DNA from: Draconibacterium orientale | GTDB lineage: Bacteria; Bacteroidota; Bacteroidia; Bacteroidales; FEN-979 | NCBI GenBank assembly: GCA_020719165.1 | Contig: DYQT01000003.1 | Span: 1-42,701, forward strand | Direction of reading: 5' to 3' | DNA length: 42,701 nt | In this document: positions 8,515 to 16,630 of the stretch, piece after piece | Layout of the letters: the number at the start of each line of letters is the position of its first letter | Numbering within the stretch: the first letter of the stretch is position 1 | The notes under the pieces: generated by a model | The model's database searches: none | What the model was told of the DNA's origin: nothing | The model's input: the letters and a program-made list of their open reading frames with translations, nothing else | Position numbers and translations under genes: made by a program

Positions 8515-8611
8515 GTAATGGATTTGTTGCCAGGAGTAATAGAGTGATAATTTTGGTTATGGGTTAAAAAATGACATTCCGACAGTGAAAGTATTATCAA
8601 CCGGTTTCGCT
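8515..8611. repeat. Direct repeat copy 1 (duplicate of the Crp/Fnr gene 3' end and downstream sequence)
   Basis: Matches 9400..9497 with 8 substitutions and 1 indel. Confidence 0.93.
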
Positions 8612-8641
8612 CCTGACTTCTGACATTTAGTGTGGTACAAC

Positions 8642-8733
8642 GCGAAGTACGAGTTACGAATGACGAAGTACGAATGACGAAGTACAAAGTATGGAATTAG
8701 CCGGACGTTGTTCGTCATTCGAACTTTGTCCTT
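8642..8733. repeat. Heptamer array (ACGAAGT/ACGAATG, 7 units) including 66-bp direct repeat copy A (8668..8733)
   Basis: gcgaagt acgagtt acgaatg acgaagt acgaatg acgaagt acaaagt, then inverted units ttcgtca ttcgaac tttgtcc. Confidence 0.85.
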
Positions 8734-8883
8734 CCCATTTTCGTGTGTATTTCTTACTTTGTCTTTCGTACTTTTCCCCCAGTTTCCAGCATAGCCGTTT
8801 TAATGCTCGCTATAAATATTGCCAGCAATTCTGTTTGGATTTCTGGTAACCATTAAGGCACTGAGAACACGCAGGAACACGAA

Positions 8884-9020
8884 GTCTTTGGTAGTTTTCA
8901 AAATGCTTCCGTTACCAATGGTACCATAGATTCCACTAAACCTCGGCCAGGGAATTTATGAACCTCGATCGCACAACCGACTATTTTATATGCAATCTCT
9001 TTGATCTGTTATTGAGTCAT
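8884..9020 (-). pseudogene. GxxExxY protein remnant (internally deleted, two stops)
   Basis: Minus-strand translation from ATG 9020: MTQ*QIKEIAYKIVGCAIEVHKFPGRGLVES-MVPLVTEAF*KLPK; aligns with ISGIILDTCITVHKIMGPGLLES of the gene at 42297; flanked by ~37-bp imperfect inverted repeats (8848-8884 / 9035-9072). Confidence 0.8.
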
Positions 9021-9190
9021 ATTCTTTACTTTTTCTCAGTGATCCTGAGTGAACTCAGGTGCCTCAGTGGTTTTCCTTTTTTCAAAAAAAGAATGAAAAA
9101 TAACCCAATGGACACCCATTCTGCATATCCATCTCAAAAAAATCAAGCATTACAGAGCACAATGTTTAAAAGTGCGGAAAACAGGGCGAT

Positions 9191-9256
9191 GTACAAATGA
9201 CGAAGTACAAAATTTGGGGTTAGCCGGCCGTTGTTCGTCCTTCGAACTTTGTACTT
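9191..9256. repeat. 66-bp direct repeat copy B
   Basis: gtacaaatgacgaagtacaaaatttggggttagccggccgttgttcgtccttcgaactttgtactt, colinear with 8668..8733. Confidence 0.88.
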
Positions 9257-9399
9257 AAAATGGGCGTTAGTGCGGTAAAAATCACAATTGTGAATTTCAT
9301 GTCATTCAAATTCAATTGCTTGAAAAATGTTAACACACTAAAAACAAGAAGCGTCAGAAGTCAGGACAGAAATCAATCAGATCAACAATTAAAAATCAG

Positions 9400-9497
9400 G
9401 TAACGGGTTTGTTGCCGGGAGCAACGGGGTGATAATTTTGGTTATGGGTTGAAAAAATGACATTCCGATAGTGAAAGTATTATCAACCGGTTTCGCT
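9400..9497. repeat. Direct repeat copy 2 (includes the last codons SETG* of the Crp/Fnr gene)
   Basis: Matches 8515..8611. Confidence 0.93.
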
Positions 9498-10178
9498 GAT
9501 CTGGCGAAGTTGTTTGATATTTAAAATCTCCAGGGTGTTTGTTGAGAGGGTGAGGATTCCTTCTTCTTTGAATTCTTTCAAAATACGGATAGCGCTTTCT
9601 TTAGACATGCCGGAGAGGTCGGCCAGATCCTGCCGGGAGATGGTCATTTCAAACGGATTTTGACAATAAATTTTATCTGCCAGATAAAAAATCACATCAG
9701 CTATTCGTCCATGCATCTGTTTCTGGGTGAGGCTGATAATTTGATCGAAATTGAAAATTGACTGCAGAGATACGCGTTTGATGAATTCTTCGGCAAAATC
9801 GGGATTAGCGCGAATAAAGGTTTTGAAAACACTCACATCAACCAGGCATGCGGTTGAATCCTGCACGGCGGCGGCAGAATAGTAATGGCGGTTGTCAACG
9901 TATATGCCTGGCCCGAAAATATAATCGAATGGTTTAATAAGGGAGAGAATCAGGTTTTTGCCATAACCTTCGATATATATTTTTGCCAGCCCGGAGGTTA
10001 CACAAACGAAATAGGGCGAAGGTGTTCCCTGTTTAAAAATAATCTCTCCTGCTTTATAACTAACCTGAAACCGGCTGCTGTTGATCAGTTCGATTTCAAG
10101 CGGACTTAAATTTTTAAAGATAAATGATTTACAATTACAATCGGCGCAGTTGGAAGAATGATGAATTTTATTTACCAT
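9483..10178 (-). CDS. Crp/Fnr family transcriptional regulator with N-terminal Cys cluster
   Basis: CADCNC N-terminus; cNMP-like domain (YKAGEIIFKQG); HTH ISRQDLADLSGMSKESAIRILKEF; TATCTTTG promoter box at 10219-10226. Confidence 0.93.
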   Translation of the reverse strand: MVNKIHHSSNCADCNCKSFIFKNLSPLEIELINSSRFQVSYKAGEIIFKQGTPSPYFVCVTSGLAKIYIEGYGKNLILSLIKPFDYIFGPGIYVDNRHYYSAAAVQDSTACLVDVSVFKTFIRANPDFAEEFIKRVSLQSIFNFDQIISLTQKQMHGRIADVIFYLADKIYCQNPFEMTISRQDLADLSGMSKESAIRILKEFKEEGILTLSTNTLEILNIKQLRQISETG

Positions 10179-10266
10179 CGGATTTGGCTGCTTGGGCCTG
10201 AATTTTTGGAATAGCAGACAAAGATAGTGCTAAGTTGATATAAAACAAATTATTTGACGTTATTTA

Positions 10267-11283
10267 TCAATGGGGGGGTTGAGAAATGTCAATACCGGAA
10301 AGATTTTCTGACACCAGGTATTCGGCAATCTGGACCGCATTGGTGGCTGCTCCTTTACGGAGGTTATCGGCGACAATAAAGAGGTTGAGCGAGTTTGGCT
10401 GTGATTCGTCGCGTCTGATTCTGCCAACGAAAACTTCGTCTTTTCCTGCTGCATCCATGGGCATTGGATAGATGTTGTTTTTAATGTCGTCGCGGATGAT
10501 GATTCCGGGGGTATTGCCAAGAAGTTCAGTAATGTCATCAATTTCGAAATCGTGTTCAAACTCCAGGTTGATTGCTTCAGAGTGGCCGCCTAAAACGGGA
10601 ACCCTGACGATGGTAGCGGTAATGCGGATCGAATAATCGTTGAGAATTTTACGAGTTTCATTCACCAGTTTGATCTCTTCGGAGGTATATCCATTGTTGA
10701 GAAAATCGCCCCCATGCGGAAACAGGTTGAGATCAATCGGGTAGGGATAGGCCATCTCTCCTTTAATTCCCTTCCGTTCATTTTCAAGTTGCATGACGGC
10801 TTTGGCGCCGGTTCCCGTAACCGATTGATAGGTAGATGCAACGATTCTCTTGATATGGTATTTCGCGTGTAGCGGAGCCAGTACCAGAACCATCTGAATG
10901 GTGGAACAATTGGGATTGGCAATAATCTTGTGACTCCTGGTAAGGATAGAAGCATTTATTTCAGGAACGATCAGCGGAACCTCATTATTCATTCGCCAGG
11001 CTGATGAGTTGTCGATTACCGTGATGCCAGCCGCTGCATATTGCGGAGCCCATTCCCGGGATGCGGCAGCGCCTGCAGAAAAGATGGCAATATCGGGCTT
11101 CGCGGCAATAGCCTGTTCGTGTGTGTGAATAAAATAACGATGGTTGTTGAACAGCACAGGAAGACCTTGTGATTTAGGGGAGGCAACAGGGATAAAGGTT
11201 TCGGGATAAAACGCATGTTCGTCAAGAACTTTTAGAATTTCCCGGCCAACAAGTCCGGTAACACCGACAATTGCCAGTTTCAT
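10267..11283 (-). CDS. asd: Aspartate-semialdehyde dehydrogenase
   Basis: AIVGVTGLVG, IDNSSAWRM, IIANPNCSTIQ, STYQSVTGTG and DNLRKGAATNAVQIAE; true start MKLAIV at 11283; promoter box TACCTTTG at 11302-11309. Confidence 0.96.
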   Translation of the reverse strand: MKLAIVGVTGLVGREILKVLDEHAFYPETFIPVASPKSQGLPVLFNNHRYFIHTHEQAIAAKPDIAIFSAGAAASREWAPQYAAAGITVIDNSSAWRMNNEVPLIVPEINASILTRSHKIIANPNCSTIQMVLVLAPLHAKYHIKRIVASTYQSVTGTGAKAVMQLENERKGIKGEMAYPYPIDLNLFPHGGDFLNNGYTSEEIKLVNETRKILNDYSIRITATIVRVPVLGGHSEAINLEFEHDFEIDDITELLGNTPGIIIRDDIKNNIYPMPMDAAGKDEVFVGRIRRDESQPNSLNLFIVADNLRKGAATNAVQIAEYLVSENLSGIDISQPPH

Positions 11284-11317
11284 GGGTGGAGATTTTTTTG
11301 GCAAAGGTAAAGGAAAA

Positions 11318-11370
11318 AAATAGCGAATAGCGAAATAGCGAAATGGTGAAATAGCGAAATAGCGAAAACG
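11318..11370. repeat. Octamer tandem repeat (AAATAGCG) x~6 in the divergent promoter region
   Basis: aaatagcg aatagcg aaatagcg aaatggtg aaatagcg aaatagcg aaaacg. Confidence 0.85.
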
Positions 11371-11437
11371 AGTGGGATTTTTATTAACAGGTGTATTACC
11401 TTTTTGAAAAATCCTGATTAAGCGGAAAATTGTAATT

Positions 11438-14062
11438 ATGAAAACTTCAAATTTCTGCATTTTTTGCATTTTTTGCATTGTCTGCATTGCTTTCATTGTT
11501 TGCATTCCTGTTCTCGCCCCGGCTCAGGTGAAGGATAATTTTTCGGATGGGGATTTTACAGAAAACCCAGCATGGGCAGGCGATGCCGGCCATTTTGAGG
11601 TAAATTTAGCCGGGCAGCTTCATTTGTTTGCTGCCGGAAGTGATACCTCTTTGATGGTGACCCGAAACGATCGTGTGATCGAGACGGAGTGGAGTTTCTG
11701 GATGAAGCTCTCTTTCAATACCTCCTCTAATAACTTCGCGCGAGTTTATCTGATGTCAGATACAACTGCCCTGGCTTCCAGTTTAAACGGGTACTTTTTG
11801 CAGGTCGGTGGCGGCGATGATTCTGTTTTTATCGTGAAACAAACAGGACTTGCTTTAAAAACAATCTACCGGTTCAGGTCTTATAAAACTTTTCATTCAA
11901 CCAATACTGTCCGGTTTAAAGTTACCCGTGATGAAGCAGGTCGCTGGGAGGCGTTGATTGACACAACCGGAGGCTACAAATATTTTCAGGACGGGACATT
12001 TTTTGAGGATTCATTTGTCACTACCCGGTGGTTTGGCCTCATGTGCCGTTACACATCCAGCAATGCAACGAAATTTTATTTTGATGATTTTTATATCGGG
12101 CCTGTGCTGTATGATACAATTCGTCCGGGAATAACCTCCATGGAGGCACTGTCGGCAAACGTTTTAAGGATTTCCTTTTCAGAGGCCATTCAAAGGCAGC
12201 CTGCTGAAAACGTGGAGAACTATCAGCTAAAATTGCATGGCATCCGGCCCGACTCGGTCATTTTAGATTTAAGTACTCAATGTCATGTTTCTCTATTTTT
12301 GCATGATTCGCTGGCCGAGGGAACGTTTGACTCCCTTCGGGTTGTTAATATTGCCGACATCTCAGGAAATCTCATGCGAGACACCCTTGTTCAGGTTTGC
12401 TATTACCGGCCAAAAGCGTATGATATTCTGATCGACGAAATTATGGCGGATCCTGATCCTCCTGTAGAACTTCCAAACGGTGAATTCGTGGAACTTTACA
12501 ACCGGTCGGCATTTCCAATAAATTTAAAAGATTGGACGTTCAAATATGGGAGTTATATAAAATCGTTCCCATCCATCACCCTCTCTTCCGGGGGATATTT
12601 GCTTATTGTTAAGGATTCAGCCTTTTTGCATGTTGCGAACTGTGCGGTATTGTTCACATCTTCATCCTCTCTGTCAAATGAGGGAACTACCCTTATTCTG
12701 AAAGATCCGGGGGGTCATGTGATACATACGGTAACTTACAGTCCCGGTTGGTACCGCGGCTCTTTCAAAGAGGAGGGCGGGTGGTCGCTTGAGATGACCG
12801 ATCCGCTGAATCCATGTGGTTGCATGGATAACTGGGGGCCATCAACAGATGCATTCGGAGGCACACCTGGCAGGGCCAACTCTTCAAAGAAAACCAATGC
12901 TGACGAAACCGCTCCGGTTGTTCTGAGGGCGGTAATAACAGATTCTGCCAGGCTCAGCGTGACCTTTAGTGAGGCTATGGACAGCCTCTCCATGCTGGCA
13001 CCATCCAAATGGATCACTTTTCCTTCTGGTAAACACCCGGTGGGAGTACAACCGGTTGCACCTGATTTCAGCTCAGCATTACTTTCATTCAATGAATTGT
13101 TTGAGCATGGCATTATCTATAACCTTCGATTGTCGGGAACCGTGAAAGATTGCGCCCGGAACGAATGCGACACCACACGTTCGATCCGGTTCGCCTTTCC
13201 CGATTCTGTCGCTGCCCGGGATGTGGTGATCAACGAAGTACTAACCAACCCGGCGAGCGGAGGATCGAGGTTTATTGAGTTATTCAACAGATCGGAGAAG
13301 ATCATCGATTTGCAAACCCTGGTTCTTTCAAACCGCGATACCCTGGACGGTTTTTCAGAAAATGCAGTATCTCTGACTTCAGTCGGGTATCTGCTGTTTC
13401 CGGGTGATTATATTGCCTTCACATCGAGTCGTGAAGAGATCAATGACAGGTACCCTGTGCCATTTCCCGAAAACATCGCCGGCGTGAGCGGATTTCCGGT
13501 ATTCGGGGATGATACCGGCACCGTGATCGTTGCCAGGAAGGATAACCTGATGATCGTTGACAGAATGCAATACACTGCTGAAATGCATTATCCCTTATTG
13601 GCAACAACGGAGGGGGTTTCACTGGAACGTACCAGTCCCGACTGGTCATCGGAGGATCAAAACAATTGGCATTCGGCTGCAGAAACGGTTGGGTTTGCCA
13701 CGCCAGGTTATCAGAATTCGCATTGGGTAACGCAGGATGTAACAGATCAGGAAATTTTCGTTTATCCTGAAATATTTTCTCCCGACAATGATGGCCGTGA
13801 TGATCTGCTGATTGTGACTATCCGGCTTGATAACCCGGATTTTGCAGTGAATATGAGGGTTTTCGATTCAAGGGGACGATTTGTCAGGCAAATAACCAAT
13901 AATGTTTTCACTGGCAGCGAAGGTGTTTTTACCTGGGATGGGATGAGTTTTGCCAGAACCAGGGCCCCGCTTGGAATGTATATTTTGCTGGTTGAACTTG
14001 TTCGTCCGGACGGGGTGGTCAGAAAAATAAAAAGAACGGTGGTACTTGGGGGTGCGCTCTGA
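11438..14062 (+). CDS. Lamin-tail/Ig-like domain protein with T9SS type-B-like C-terminal domain
   Basis: Signal peptide; two LTD-like units (IDEIMADP..EFVELYN; INEVLTNP..FIELFN); TPG..NS motifs; C-terminal IFSPDNDGRDD...IFDSRGR...WDG...GMY. Confidence 0.85.
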   Translation: MKTSNFCIFCIFCIVCIAFIVCIPVLAPAQVKDNFSDGDFTENPAWAGDAGHFEVNLAGQLHLFAAGSDTSLMVTRNDRVIETEWSFWMKLSFNTSSNNFARVYLMSDTTALASSLNGYFLQVGGGDDSVFIVKQTGLALKTIYRFRSYKTFHSTNTVRFKVTRDEAGRWEALIDTTGGYKYFQDGTFFEDSFVTTRWFGLMCRYTSSNATKFYFDDFYIGPVLYDTIRPGITSMEALSANVLRISFSEAIQRQPAENVENYQLKLHGIRPDSVILDLSTQCHVSLFLHDSLAEGTFDSLRVVNIADISGNLMRDTLVQVCYYRPKAYDILIDEIMADPDPPVELPNGEFVELYNRSAFPINLKDWTFKYGSYIKSFPSITLSSGGYLLIVKDSAFLHVANCAVLFTSSSSLSNEGTTLILKDPGGHVIHTVTYSPGWYRGSFKEEGGWSLEMTDPLNPCGCMDNWGPSTDAFGGTPGRANSSKKTNADETAPVVLRAVITDSARLSVTFSEAMDSLSMLAPSKWITFPSGKHPVGVQPVAPDFSSALLSFNELFEHGIIYNLRLSGTVKDCARNECDTTRSIRFAFPDSVAARDVVINEVLTNPASGGSRFIELFNRSEKIIDLQTLVLSNRDTLDGFSENAVSLTSVGYLLFPGDYIAFTSSREEINDRYPVPFPENIAGVSGFPVFGDDTGTVIVARKDNLMIVDRMQYTAEMHYPLLATTEGVSLERTSPDWSSEDQNNWHSAAETVGFATPGYQNSHWVTQDVTDQEIFVYPEIFSPDNDGRDDLLIVTIRLDNPDFAVNMRVFDSRGRFVRQITNNVFTGSEGVFTWDGMSFARTRAPLGMYILLVELVRPDGVVRKIKRTVVLGGAL
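11453..11506 (+). repeat. In-frame 9-bp tandem repeat x6 encoding the signal peptide core
   Basis: ttctgcatt ttttgcatt ttttgcatt gtctgcatt gctttcatt gtttgcatt = FCI FCI FCI VCI AFI VCI. Confidence 0.85.
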
Positions 14063-14065
14063 CGA

Positions 14066-14755
14066 TTATATCATGGCTGTCGCGATGCAGGCAATGCTGA
14101 TTTTTGCGCCCGGAATTGAGGACAAGGTATGAATACATGCCTCAAGTGTTGCGCCGGTGGTGATCACATCATCGACAAGGATCAGGTGCTTTCCATGCCA
14201 TTTTTCAGGATAGTTCAGGGCAAAGATATCCTTCACGTTTTCGTATCGGTTGAACCTTGATTTACGGGTTTGTGTTTCATTCGATTTGGTGCGCATCAGC
14301 AAATGGTTGTTTACCGGAATATTCATGGAGCCGGATAAACCGATGGCAAATTGTTCGCTTTGGTTGTATCCCCGCTGCATGAATTTTTTTTTGTGCAGCG
14401 GTACAGGGACGATCGCATCGGCCGAATTAAAAAGCGGAGCGTATTTTAATGTTTGACCATATTGCTCACCCAGGTAGATTCCAATGTCTTTCCTGCCCTT
14501 GTATTTCAGTTGATGAACCAGTTGCTGCACTTTGCTTCCCTTGTTGAAATAGAGGAATGCCGCTCCGGTTTCAATATTCACCCTTCCCCAGAAAAGGCGA
14601 GACACCGGATTTTCAGCATCGAGGTGGTAATTTGTTTTTGGGAGATGATACTCGCAGAAATGGCACAAACCTGTTTCATGTTTCCATAAACTGTTGCCAC
14701 ATGCCGCGCAGATTCGCGGAAAGATGAGCGAAATAAAGTCGCTGATATAGATCAT
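14066..14755 (-). CDS. comF: ComF family protein (phosphoribosyltransferase-like)
   Basis: CAAC..CHFC zinc ribbon; VPVPLH, RGYNQS and LVDDVITTGATL; start chosen at MIYISDF. Confidence 0.92.
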   Translation of the reverse strand: MIYISDFISLIFPRICAACGNSLWKHETGLCHFCEYHLPKTNYHLDAENPVSRLFWGRVNIETGAAFLYFNKGSKVQQLVHQLKYKGRKDIGIYLGEQYGQTLKYAPLFNSADAIVPVPLHKKKFMQRGYNQSEQFAIGLSGSMNIPVNNHLLMRTKSNETQTRKSRFNRYENVKDIFALNYPEKWHGKHLILVDDVITTGATLEACIHTLSSIPGAKISIACIATAMI

Positions 14756-14874
14756 TTTTTTGTTTCTGCTTAATCGGAAAAAATGAAAAAGGTAATACAC
14801 CTGAAGGCGTTATTTTTCAACATCCGGCCAAAATTGAAAAAAATCATGTAGGTTTGATTAAAATTTTCCCGGGA

Positions 14875-16578
14875 ATGAAATCTCCTCCGATTCTTGAAAT
14901 TCGCGACTTGTCGGTTGGCTTTACAACCAATCGACGGGAACAGACTGTTGTCGATCAGATTTCATTCAATCTGCACGCATCAGAAACCCTTGCCGTGGTA
15001 GGAGAATCGGGCTCTGGAAAAACAGTTTCCGCGCTGGCGGTGTTAAAGCTGATTCCATCACCTCCGGGCAATATTTCGAGCGGAGAAATTATTTTCAGGA
15101 ACAGGGAAGGCATGGTGGCCGATCTTCTGCAACTGGATGAGCGGGCCATGCAAAAAATCAGGGGACGCTCAATTTCCATGATTTTCCAGGAGCCCATGAC
15201 CTCCTTAAACCCGGTTTTTACCTGTGGCGACCAGGTGATGGAGAGTGTGCGGGTTCACCTGGAATACACGAAAAAGGAGGCCCGCGATAAGGTACTGGAA
15301 TTATTCGGGGAGGTGTTGCTTCCGAGGCCGGCTGATGTTTTCAAATCATATCCGCATCAGCTTTCCGGTGGTCAGAAACAACGGGTGATGATTGCCATGG
15401 CGATATCGTGCAATCCGGATATTCTGATTGCCGATGAACCAACTACGGCGCTGGATGTGACCGTTCAGAAAACCATCCTCGAATTGATGAAAAACCTGCA
15501 GGTTTCCCGCAGCATGAGCATCCTGTTTATCACGCACGATTTGGGGATTGTGGCGGGTTTTGCCGACCGGGTTCTGGTAATGAACAAGGGAAAAATTGTG
15601 GAGGAGGGGAGTGTTGGCGATATTTTTCGAACACCGAAACATCCCTACACCCGTGGATTATTGGCCTGCCGGCCGCCACTCGATGTCAGGTTAAACCGTC
15701 TTTCAACCATAGAGAAATTTTTAGAGCAGGAGCGGGTGGAGTCAGAGGGGATTGTTACGCCGGATCAACGCAAAAACAGACATGAAAGGCTTTATGCGCT
15801 CGAACCCATTCTGAAAGTTGAGAAACTCAGCAAGCGGTTTGGAGCTTTTACAGCTCTTGCCGATGCAAGTTTTCTGGTATATCCGGGAGAAACGCTTGGA
15901 ATCGTTGGTGAGTCGGGAAGTGGAAAAACCACCCTGGCGCGGGTGGTTCTTGAGCTTATTCCTGCCACAGCCGGCAGAATTTTATATCACGAAGAGGATA
16001 TCACGCAACTGGGCGCCAGAAATCTTAAGAGGTTGCGCAAGGATCTTCAGATTATTTTTCAGGATCCCTATTCTTCCCTGAATCCAAGGATTGCCATTGG
16101 TATGGCCATTCTGGAACCAATGAAAGTTCATGGTTTGCATCAAAACGACACGAAACGAAAAGCCAGGGTTTTGGAGTTGCTTCAAAAGGTTGGACTCAAC
16201 CCCGATCATTATTACCGCTATCCACATGAGTTTTCGGGAGGGCAGCGACAACGGGTTTGTATTGCCCGCGCCCTGGCTGTTGAGCCGCGGCTGATCATTT
16301 GCGACGAGTCGGTGTCGGCGCTCGATGTCTCCATCCAGGCGCAGGTGTTGAATTTGCTGAACGATTTGAAACGGGATTTCGGGCTAACCTATATTTTCAT
16401 TTCACATGATCTTTCGGTGGTAAAATTCATGTCGGATCGTTTGATCGTGATGAAAAACGGCAGCATCGAGGAGATGGGTGAAGCTGACGAGGTTTATGCG
16501 AATCCAAAGTCGGAGTATACGAGAATGTTGTTGGAGGCGATACCGGGGAGCGGATTACGGATTACGAATTACGATTGA
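14875..16578 (+). CDS. Dipeptide/oligopeptide-type ABC transporter ATP-binding protein (fused double ATPase)
   Basis: Two GESGSGKT Walker A motifs; YPHQLSGGQKQR and YPHEFSGGQRQR signatures; ADEPTTALD and CDESVSALD. Confidence 0.94.
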   Translation: MKSPPILEIRDLSVGFTTNRREQTVVDQISFNLHASETLAVVGESGSGKTVSALAVLKLIPSPPGNISSGEIIFRNREGMVADLLQLDERAMQKIRGRSISMIFQEPMTSLNPVFTCGDQVMESVRVHLEYTKKEARDKVLELFGEVLLPRPADVFKSYPHQLSGGQKQRVMIAMAISCNPDILIADEPTTALDVTVQKTILELMKNLQVSRSMSILFITHDLGIVAGFADRVLVMNKGKIVEEGSVGDIFRTPKHPYTRGLLACRPPLDVRLNRLSTIEKFLEQERVESEGIVTPDQRKNRHERLYALEPILKVEKLSKRFGAFTALADASFLVYPGETLGIVGESGSGKTTLARVVLELIPATAGRILYHEEDITQLGARNLKRLRKDLQIIFQDPYSSLNPRIAIGMAILEPMKVHGLHQNDTKRKARVLELLQKVGLNPDHYYRYPHEFSGGQRQRVCIARALAVEPRLIICDESVSALDVSIQAQVLNLLNDLKRDFGLTYIFISHDLSVVKFMSDRLIVMKNGSIEEMGEADEVYANPKSEYTRMLLEAIPGSGLRITNYD

Positions 16579-16601
16579 CGAATTACGATTGACGATTGAA
16601 G
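16553..16601. repeat. Heptamer tandem repeat x7 spanning the ABC gene stop codon
   Basis: gattacg gattacg aattacg attgacg aattacg attgacg attgaag. Confidence 0.85.
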
Positions 16602-16630
16602 TTGCAGAATTATACAATAACAAAGGGGTT

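Larger units (their letters stand above)
8611..9366. mobile_element. Putative degenerate inserted element bounded by 14-bp inverted repeats
   Basis: TCCTGACTTCTGAC (8611-8624) is the exact reverse complement of GTCAGAAGTCAGGA (9353-9366); lies between the 97-bp direct repeats; no transposase visible. Confidence 0.45.

Noticed and set aside
8958-9200. 80-aa + strand ORF
   Set aside because: Antisense to the GxxExxY remnant and runs through its inverted repeat; no recognisable protein features
8642-9256. Repeats as a CRISPR array
   Set aside because: Only two long copies 523 bp apart; heptamers have no spacers; no cas genes
8515-9497. 97-bp repeat pair as a DGR template/variable repeat
   Set aside because: Mismatches are A/G, T/C and C/T, so not adenine-specific on one strand; they fall in non-coding sequence; no reverse transcriptase in the window
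11284-11505. N-terminal extension of Asd (MQTMKAMQTMQKMQKMQK...FRYFAI)
   Set aside because: Read-through of the 9-mer and 8-mer repeats; Asd homology and the promoter box place the start at 11283
14875-16578. Orphan ABC ATPase as a novel system
   Set aside because: Dispersed peptide-ABC components are ordinary in Bacteroidota; nothing else here is unusual
16478-16630. N-terminal extension of RNase R
   Set aside because: Overlaps the ABC gene and the heptamer array; the plausible start is ATG 16631
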